This document shows positions 51,686-64,000 of a DNA stretch of 64,000 nt, one piece after another. A model generated the notes under the pieces. That model was not told the DNA's origin. It ran no database searches and saw nothing but the letters and a program-made list of their open reading frames with translations. This DNA is from Bigelowiella natans CCMP2755 (taxonomy: Eukaryota > Protista > Cercozoa), in the NCBI GenBank assembly GCA_000320545.1, contig ADNK01000828.1, forward strand, positions 168,927 through 232,926, given 5' to 3'. How positions within the stretch are numbered: the stretch's first letter is position 1; each line of letters starts with the position of its first letter. The position numbers and the translations under genes were made by a program.

Positions 51686-54000
51686 AAACCACCACCTGTA
51701 AGAGAAAGCAGTGACCAAAAGGTCAATAACTTGGGGTGTGAGCAATGAGTAGTAGGAACACGTGGAAAGAGAAAGGCTTCCGTGGTTAGAATGAATGGAG
51801 GAAGAGGAGATATTTGCCAAAGCTGCTTCGTCGTTAGAATGAATAGATAAGGAGATATTTGCCAAGGCTTCGTCACAAAGCTCAAAGATAGTAGACTCCT
51901 ATTAAGTGAGGTGGATGTCAATATAAAGCAATATTGGTTCCTTCTTCCAATGCAATGAGATAGGTGTATGTCAACTGTGGTTCCTTATTCCATACCAATG
52001 AGATTATTCGGATAACTAACTCTAGCATTATTACCGTGACATCATTATCTTTAATTCCAAATTGACTTAAAATTTTGTGAGGAAGTGAAATACCTACTTG
52101 ATCATCACCATCAGCAGCAGCACACCATCACCAGTTGCAAACAGAATATGATGATGATGATGGATGATGATGGTGACAACGACGTCCAACTATATATTTT
52201 ATTTTACCATTCAGTATCTACTAATTATAAAAGACTACTACTCATTCCGAACAAATGTTGTAGTAGCTGTAACCTTCCTCTTTCTTGTTCTTCCTTTTTA
52301 TTTCTACTACTACTACTACTTCTACTACTACTACTACCAATATAACAACTACTGCACTCACTCTGCTCTACTACCATAGTTTTTTCAATACCGGGACGAT
52401 AATGAAGAGATACGTTTGCACTTGGATATTTGAGTTCTAAGAGTTTTCCTCCACCACCTTGAATCATTGCCTAATTGATATTTGATTGGATATGTCTGAA
52501 TTACTGCGCTAGTACTTGAGTTATCTTTCAAGCAGCAATTACTTCAGTATTAATACACTACAACAACCTTATATAAACAAATTATTAGTGCTATTATTTC
52601 TGAAACAACACCTTGATCGTACATGGTTTGACACTAAATCTTTTATCAACCTGACGCAAATATCAGCACTGAACAATCAATAGGACAGAGCTAGATATAC
52701 TACTACTACTACATTCCTTTATTGCTACTACTACTACTACCAATCCTTGATCTATCAGAGTCTGTATATTAACGCCTAGACCATTCGCCATTTCGTAAGT
52801 TATCCTCTTTTTAATTATCGTTATCATCAACAAAACAAATAAGGTGTTACGATGATGCACATGGTCACTTAAGGAGGATGATGCAAGCTGAAAGAAACTC
52901 GCAAGATAACATGTGTATCTGCTGGTGCTGGTGCTGGTGCATGGTTGTTGTTGCATATGAAGAACTTACATGTTTTTTTGGTATGGAGTCTAAAACCATA
53001 TTTTGGTCTTTATCTAAGGGCGCAGCAGCAGTTGCTGCTATCGATAATCCATCATGTTCGTCATTCTCGAAGCAGACACTTGCGATTGCTCCCCTGACGA
53101 GTAACAAGCGGAGGCGGAGGCAAACAAATAACCATCAGAGAATATCATCTAACCCCTCATAACATGCATAAAATAACTATTCACAGGCACGAAACAACAG
53201 CATGCGGAAATACTATTTACCATCTCTTTTTCCCACTTGAATCGCTCACACAAACTATTTGGCCTGAGGACATGCAGGCGCTTTTAAGTTAGTCTTCTAA
53301 CCATGTCTGGATCCACTTCAATACAGTGAGTGCTGCTCATTGATTTGATGTGTGACTGGTTTTTTGATCATGATGATGATGCTTATTTGCTACTTACTTA
53401 CTTACTTACTTAGTACGTACCTTCTTGAGGGATAGTGGGGTTTAACCCTGGAAGAAGGAGCCTACTTGTACTTGGAGAAGGTAGATGATAACACTATAAT
53501 CATCATCATCGTCATCTTTTTACACTAAATATTTATACTCTTCTACCGAGCGAGAAGCTGGAACCAATTATTGGGAAAGGTGGGGCATGTCTGCCATAAG
53601 AATGAAACGATAATGTATGAGTACGCGACAAAGTACAGTAGCAGCAGAGATCAATTAAAAGCATGGAAGACGAAAATGGTGCTTACTTCTCTTTGTACAG
53701 CGTGAGCAAGCCAATTCCCTGAAGTGATATTCAATGTGTGATAAAGGTTGAGCTGTGCAATCCTGGAGGAAAGGTGATGAGCTCTTCTTCTTAAAGAAAA
53801 CCCATCCAAAATCCGGAATGAATCAGTTAATAGGAAGTTTGTTACTGCCGCAATTATTCTCAAGCTTCTTTCATTGCGGTGAAAGGTCAGGAGTGACGTT
53901 TGTTTGATGCCCAATAATCTATGTATTCATTCATGTTCATCTTCATTCTTCCAGACGATCGATCTCCCCCATTGGACGATCCGTTGAAAGAGCGAATAGG
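50324..54000 (-). CDS. Hypothetical multi-exon protein (orphan); 5' end approximate
   Basis: Chain of phase-compatible GT-AG exons: ..NWLAHAVQRE|TCPTFPNNWFQLLA|RTSRLLLPGLNPTIPQE|AALTVLKWIQT|WPNSLCERF|KGAIASVCFE..; a large exon 50.76-51.15 kb; final AILIHTIEYLPNGASALHFSTRDT|RMEKYIVANINWRFELH* (TAG 50324-50326). No family recognised. Confidence 0.6.
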
Positions 54001-54249
54001 ATTCTGCGATGATCCATATTGCTTGTCGCAGAATTAAAATCGAGGAAATATCAGAAGAACCTTTTCAAAATAGTCAAATGCTGGCGATTAAAGGTGAGCG
54101 TCATGATTCATGTTTTCTTTTCCAAAGATAAACACAGTACTAGAAATCATACGACTACCCTACTCCCCCCATACCAACGACTGACAGATAGTTCGGTTAC
54201 TACATCCGCAGGACATAGACTTCTGTGTCCAGCAAAGCTGACCACCAGT

Positions 54250-57549
<3,300 letters not shown>

Positions 57550-57879
57550 GAAACTAAGACTTTCAGCTTAGCCTTGAATAAGCAATGAAGACGATCCAAA
57601 TTGAGTTTCAAACTTGAGAGATTCAGGCAACAAACTAAATTTCGCTTGAATAGCCAATTTTTAAAGACAACCTGCGTTTCAGAGCCCGAAACTTACTGAA
57701 TACCGCCATGGAATGTGTGCTACTGAGTGAGGCATGTCAGTGCGCACGCTCTATCATGGCGTAGTCTTGCCTCAGATACGACATTATGGGAAGAATGTAA
57801 TGAATATGTCAAATTTTTTCAATAATAGTCATTCTAATATTGTTAGCTCTGCCAAGATCTCAGCGGCGACATGATAGAC

Positions 57880-58430
57880 ATGCAATATGTTATATGTATG
57901 TTATATTTATTTGACACATAGCTTGCTAGACAGCTCTGAGAGCTACATGAGTATGACTGCTGTAATTAAAATGTTAATAATAACTTCAGCACACAATTGC
58001 ATCACATCCTTCTCGCTACTACTAGACTAGAGTAGGCTAGCTCGTTGTCCTTTGTTAGCCATGCAATACTAGCTATAGACTAGAATGTGCTGCTATGCTC
58101 CTGGAGCACATGTGCTTCATCTGTTCGTTTCCATTAGTATGTCGTCTTTCATGCATCAAAAGCATCAATTATGCAACAGACACACATCAGACGCATGTGC
58201 AGCGCACGTATACGTTCATTTCATGCATGCATCATCACATCATCACTCGATCGTTGCTCAGTAGTATAGTAGCACGCATTTCATGGCGGTACTCACTAGC
58301 TCAGTCTAGCAGTGCACATTACAGTTCAGTGGACAACAATGAACAAATCAGATCGAATGCTCTCAGCGCGCGGATCCTGCTAGGCTGCGTCGCTATGATG
58401 AAAGTCATTGTGTGCGAGATTGGAGTAGTA
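57880..58430. other. CTAG/CATG palindrome island between convergent 3' ends
   Basis: actactagactagagtaggctagctc, tactagctatagactag, atgcatgcat, agctcagtctagc. Lies between the MTase stop (57549) and the sigma stop (58498). Confidence 0.75.
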
Positions 58431-58497
58431 TAGGTTACTTTTTACTGAAGTGTGTGAGAAATGTCCAACCGCATCATGTAATAGACTAAGCTTTTCT

Positions 58498-59080
58498 TCA
58501 CGCTTTCTTCTCTACTTCTGCAAGATAGTTCATACGAGCTAAAATTACTTTCTTACTTGATTCTTGGAGCTCGCCAGCGAGAAAGAATTCATCTAAGAGA
58601 GCGAAAACCTAAGAGTAGAAGTTGCTTCATCAGTCCATTCGTAGAGTTGCGTCACATAAGCGTCACATAAGTGTCACATAAATGTAAATGTTACCTTATA
58701 AAATCCAAAGACAAGATCCAGTTCGCATACATCAACGAAGTAGTCGTCGAGGCATTCAACAAATAAATGAATTGCTTCAAGCATAGCCATCTCGTTGTCG
58801 CTTGGGTCGCAGCAAATTGTGAAGAACACACCCTTATACCGACGATAAACAAGAGTATAGTTTCGAAACTCCACGAAATTGGTGTACTTTGAAGGCCTAT
58901 CGTTTAAAGAAACCACTTCTCAGATTTTAGGTTTCAGTTTACTCGCATGATTAACCTTTGAATCAACGTTCTGTAGATTTCCGACTGAAGTTTTTTCTTC
59001 TCTTCGTGTTCGAACGACGAATACCATTTGGCAATTCGTGTCTGGCCTTGACGATTTTGAAGGATAAAGAAGTGGATCAT
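58498..59080 (-). CDS. AP2S1: AP-2 adaptor complex sigma subunit (divergent)
   Basis: Three exons: [42 protein letters not shown]|[67 protein letters not shown]|[52 protein letters not shown] and LDLVF.FYKV are sigma-2 type. Confidence 0.93.
58649..58681. repeat. 3 x 11 bp tandem repeat in sigma intron 2
   Basis: GCGTCACATAA GCGTCACATAA GTGTCACATAA. Confidence 0.9.
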
Positions 59081-59769
59081 AACCTAGAAGTAATTTTCAC
59101 TTATTTTAGCAAATGATGAAAGGTTATAGCACCGAAAGAACCTGTAATCTTAGTAGAAAGGATTTGCTGGTGGATTTTAAAAAGGTCTCGATGTTGCATA
59201 AATGAACTACTAACTTTGTTATTTGTTTATGCAATCAGGTAAGCTTATTGCAAGAATTTTTGACCATCTAGTTCGGTTGGACATAAGAAAGATTTGCCAG
59301 TTGATTTTGGAAAACAATCAATAACCGACTAGTCTACTCCTTTAGTGTAACCAGGTAAAATTGTTACATAAATTATGATTATTGGTCCGTTTGGAAATTC
59401 TTCATTGGGAAAAACAAACAAAAAGATATGAAAGAAAGAGATAGTCGAACCAGAGGGATAGGGGTGGGCTGATATGCTTGTGATCCAGTTATAAATCCAG
59501 CGCTGTTCGCAACAGTTTCGAATAGGATCGATTTTATTCTTACGACATCATTTTTATGATGAACGACATCACGTCTCCTTCGCCTTTTTCCTACTCTTGA
59601 GAGTCTCTGAAATATTATCAAAATAACAACAGACAATTGACAGATATGTAGGAGTACTCGTCCGTGTGACTTCCATTTTCAGCTTTCTACCAACAAAATA
59701 TGCTAGTATTTTCGACATTCTTGAAAATTATTTTCGATGTCTCTTTCTAAAAACTTAGGTTTATTTACA

Positions 59770-62224
59770 ATGAGCGACAACACAGATGTTCGGTGGCTAC
59801 ACGAGGCCGCAAAACCCACCCTTAAAAAAATATGGTTGGAACTTTTTTATTCGTAAGCTTATGTAACATTATTCGGACAAGATGCATCCACTGCCCTTCT
59901 TTATTGTGGTGCTACTTCTGCGTAGCTGTTTAGACATGCCCTTTTCCAAACCATTTAATTTTCAGGAGTCTGAATACTTGATATTTTTGTACATGATAGG
60001 TCTCCTTTAGAAGACATCTGACGGATAATTGCTTCAAGGAGAACAATTGATAAGCTTGCCATTCTCCTAAAAGGTAGAATTCCACCTAAATTCTCCCTTC
60101 CTATTGTTGATGAAAACGAACATGGATATTCCGGTATGCGGTCACTGCATCAAAACCGTAAATGCACACCACTAACACTTTTCTATCTTTTTAAGCAACA
60201 GGGGAGACTTATGTAAAACAACCATAAATTAGAGACTTTACTATTGTGAGTGCAGACACAACGACGATAAATGGTAAATATTTGATAGGTGATTGGGAGG
60301 GGTGGTGGTGGGAACAACAGCGAGAGACAGCAGACTCCCCCCACTGTAAAAGAAAAAGAAAGCTGCTGCAATTTTGAGACTTAAGAACAAATTTTCGGCA
60401 CTAGAATGGAACGCAATGGATACACCGATTATAATGATGAGAACGATACAGCGATAGGAGCAGGAACTTCACTTGTTGGAAGGACGCAAGACATAACTCT
60501 CGGGATGCCAATTGTCAATGCTGCCAGTGGAGACTACGACGACTACGACAATAATAATGACGACATTAAGAATGATAGTGATAATAATGATTATGCTAAT
60601 GATCACGATGAGACCACAACGGGATCTGATAAGCAGCCCTTTTGGGATAAGGCAAAGGCAGTGTTATTGCCTCACGCCTCTCTCCCTATTCAGGAGGAGG
60701 AGAATCTGATGAGCAGAAGTCAAACTGATGACCACCATCTTCAAAAAAACATTTCTTCCGCAGGTTGTCGCAAGGAAGGTAAAACAGAAATGGATGTTAT
60801 CCAACATTCAACTCATTGCAATGAAATCAAGACTAGAGTGCAGAAGAAAGAAGAAGAAGAAGATAAAACCCAGATACAGGATGATTGTCGAGACGAAGTG
60901 GCTTGTGGGGGCTGCAATGTAATGAATAGCAGCATATTCGGTGATGGTGGAATTTTCCAGACAAGCATTATTGATGAAGAGCCTAGGACAAGCTTAAATA
61001 AAAATGACGACGAGTCCGTCGTGGCAGTTATGAAAGAAGAAGAAGAAGAAGAAGAAGAAGAGGACTGTTGTCACGGCGGCGGAGGAGGAGGAGGAGGAGG
61101 AGGAGGAGGAGGAGTAACAAGAAGAGATCACATGGAGTCGTTGAAGATTACACAGGGAAAAACTAGTGAGACGAGATATTATACTAGAAACAAACTTGAT
61201 GCAGGTAAAGATACCATGTCAGCTACAGCTACCACTACAAGTCTCAACTTGGACGATGACGACGACGGAATATTGGTGAGAAGGAGGAAACTGCAGCAGC
61301 AGCAGCAGAAAAGACCACTGATGGTAACAACAACAACAACAACAACAACACCACCACCACCACAACAGCAGGGACTAGACAAGGAGAAAGGTCAAATTGG
61401 ATCTAACCATCAACAGCCAGTCGTGCTTCGTAGGAGTAGTAGTACACCAGGGGGAAAGAAAGAATTTGTGCCTACGATGGAAGTGGAAGGGGGAGGAAAT
61501 AAAAATGACGGTATTAAGTAGCTGATGCTTTAGTTAATTGTTATCAACGAAATGATAAAATCTAATGTGCTTCTTTCTGCTGCTGCAGGTGAAGAAGAAG
61601 CGCTTGTTGCTGTTGTTGCTGCAAAGCTTGTCAAGGATGACGAGCGTGCTGTTACCCAGAAAAATGATGACAGCAAGAAGGAAACGCTCGGAAAAATAGC
61701 AGCCAAACAATCAGCTTCTTCTTCTTCTTCTTCTTCTTCTTCTTCTTCTTCATCGTCATCATCAATATCTGTCACAGCTTCCTCCTCCTCCTCCCCTGCT
61801 TATCGACGACCTTCTTCGTTGCCTCAAATACTCTATCCTACGAAGATAAAAATATCGAAAACGTCATCCATCACGCCGCCCTCCTCATCAAAGAGTAAGG
61901 AAGTGCCGCGCATCGATGATTCTAAAGCCAAGAAACGTCGTCGTCGTAGTACTACAACCAAGTATTTCGGCGTGTACACCAATGGTAAAGTTGGTTTCAA
62001 AGCACAGCTCCAATCAAGAGGAAATAAAATGTGATCATGCATACTAAGTTAACTTCATGATACTAGAAATTACCTACCCAATTACTACTTGGATTATGAA
62101 TCTACTCACATCATCGTCATTATCCTGATCGTCATCATCGTCATCATCATCATTAGGTACTTTGGAACGTTTCCCACAGCTAAAATGGCGGCAAGGTAGT
62201 ACAAGAACAACAACTTGAACACAT

Positions 62225-62256
<32 letters not shown>

Positions 62257-62622
62257 GATTCTTGTCGATGAATGATAAAGAATCTTCCTTTTCTTAGAGT
62301 CTACAACATGTATGCCGAGGATTACGGGAAGCCGATCAACAACATTTCAGACATTGACGACGAAGAAGAAGAGGAGGATAGCGTCGTTCACAAGAACAAG
62401 AAGAAGAACAAGAAGCTCCTCCCTGATCACATTCCAAAACCGATTAACTATGCTAAGAAGAAGGAGGAGAAGAAGAAGAAGAAGTGCAGTAAGAAGATGA
62501 TGTCAAAGAGGAGGAGGAGGAGGAGGACTATACGCGATCGATGTGAGGAGGAGGAGGGTCAAGATGCTGCTGTATCATCTATGGAAAGCAGCACCACCAC
62601 TATCAGCAGCAGCAGCAGCAGC

Positions 62623-62653
<31 letters not shown>

Positions 62654-62803
62654 GGGGACTGTTGAGGAGGAGGAGGAGCACAAGAAGAACAAGGAGTGCA
62701 ACAATGGAACAAGAAGCGAAAAAGAACAAGAAAGAAGACCTGGTAGTGGTACGACAACAATACCTTCACAACAACTCGTTGCTGCCCCACTCACGGACGA
62801 CGA

Positions 62804-62838
<35 letters not shown>

Positions 62839-63920
62839 ATATATTAGTACAAATACCACGCATAACATCTGTATTATTTCTACCACATCCATCATCTTCA
62901 TTTTCTAATAATCCCTACTTACTTCTCATCAAATCTGGCATTATCAGTATCATCATCATCATCATCATCGTCATTATCATCACCATACTCGCCATCATCC
63001 AAAAGTCGATTCACTCGTTCTAACAAGCGTCAAAATCGTTTTATTCCTCTATTATAATTCTTATTATTATTCCTTACCACCTTGCAGCAGAGATCCTTTG
63101 ATCAGGATTCGTCGTTGGGTTGTTGTGATCGTCGTCGACATCATCATCGACAAAAGATGATGAACAATAATAATAATGGGTTGTCGTCGTCAACGAAAAG
63201 CAACAAGTTGTTGGGACTTAAGAGCAGCTCCTCCTCTAACACCATCAAAGATGATGATCATTCAATGATGAGATTAGCTTGGAACATGAGGAGGGGGCAA
63301 ATGATCAGTACTGATGAAAACGTTTCTATTACCACGAGAACCGCAAAGCATCATCATCATCCTCCTCCTTCTCTTGCTACTACCTCCTCTACTACATCTT
63401 TTACCCTCCGAGATATGTTCTCTCCAGAATTGTTGTTCAAAGTGATCAGTGTTGACACGCTCATAGCGATTATCACTGGGAGAGAACAAGCAACAACAAT
63501 CGGTAGCAATCCTACAACAACAACAACAACAACAACAAGGTGTTCCTTCTCTTCCTTCTTACATTTCTATTGTATATATTGTCACCAATAATCAACCACA
63601 ACTGCACATTAGCTTTCCTGTGGATTTCTTACCAAATGAGCTCAAGAGTCTCGAGAAGCATCTGCTTCCAACACTTCGCTCTATTGCGTAATAGATGATG
63701 ATGATGATCATGATCATGATCATGATGAATTGATTATGAGAATAATGACGATACTGATAATGATGGTTGATAATGACGACGACGATGATGATGATCATGA
63801 TCATGATGACGATGACGATGGTGATGCTGAAAACAAAAAAGTTGTGAGAAACTCTATCAGATATCATTATATCATACAGAAAATGACGTGTATTAGAAAT
63901 ACTCACATCACAACACACAC

Positions 63921-63959
<39 letters not shown>

Positions 63960-64000
63960 TAGTTATTATTAAGTTAGTGTGTGTGTGTGTGTGTGTGTGT
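59770..64000 (+). CDS. AP2/ERF-domain putative transcription factor, low-complexity rich; incomplete at 3' edge of window
   Basis: ATG 59770 MSDNTDVRWLHEAAKPTLKKI. A large acidic exon 60.4-61.5 kb. AP2 domain split over three exons: TKYFGVYTNGKVGFKAQLQSRGNKM|YFGTFPTAKMAAR|VYNMYAEDYGKPINN (61.96-62.35 kb). Further exons at 63.08-63.5 kb and 63.61-63.69 kb. Confidence 0.75.

Noticed and set aside
59200-59700. 85-aa minus-strand ORF between sigma and the AP2/ERF gene
   Set aside because: No ATG-supported start, recognisable motif or consistent exon chain. Most likely promoter/UTR sequence.

Overview
Eukaryotic nuclear DNA, intron-dense, with introns packed with microsatellites ((GTA)n, (GAT)n, (CCT)n, (AT)n, (GT)n), so most ORF-track entries are artefacts. 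By manually splicing GT-AG exons I recover about 12 genes: a secreted tandem double-domain RNase T2 (+), a Rubisco-LSMT-like SET protein with a degenerate active-site motif (-), a BAR-TPR-auxilin-type J-domain protein (+), an orphan (-), a very large two-chromodomain/zinc-finger protein (+), CDC50 (-), an ABCD half-transporter (+), a MIF/tautomerase with a bipartite leader (-), an orphan (-), a DOT1-like methyltransferase with a bipartite leader (+), AP-2 sigma (-) and an AP2/ERF-domain protein (+, runs off the window). Signal-peptide plus transit-like leaders point to an alga with a secondary plastid; a chlorarachniophyte is my best guess, by inference only. The most unusual signal is non-coding. 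Genes alternate strand almost perfectly, and every junction containing a gene 3' end carries an island of CTAG/TAGC/CATG palindromes and hairpins, which the head-to-head promoters essentially lack. A triple repeat running into one island shows progressively more CTAG-bearing micro-insertions, suggesting a localized insertional process at termination zones. All gene models are hand-spliced and boundaries marked approximate need RNA-seq.
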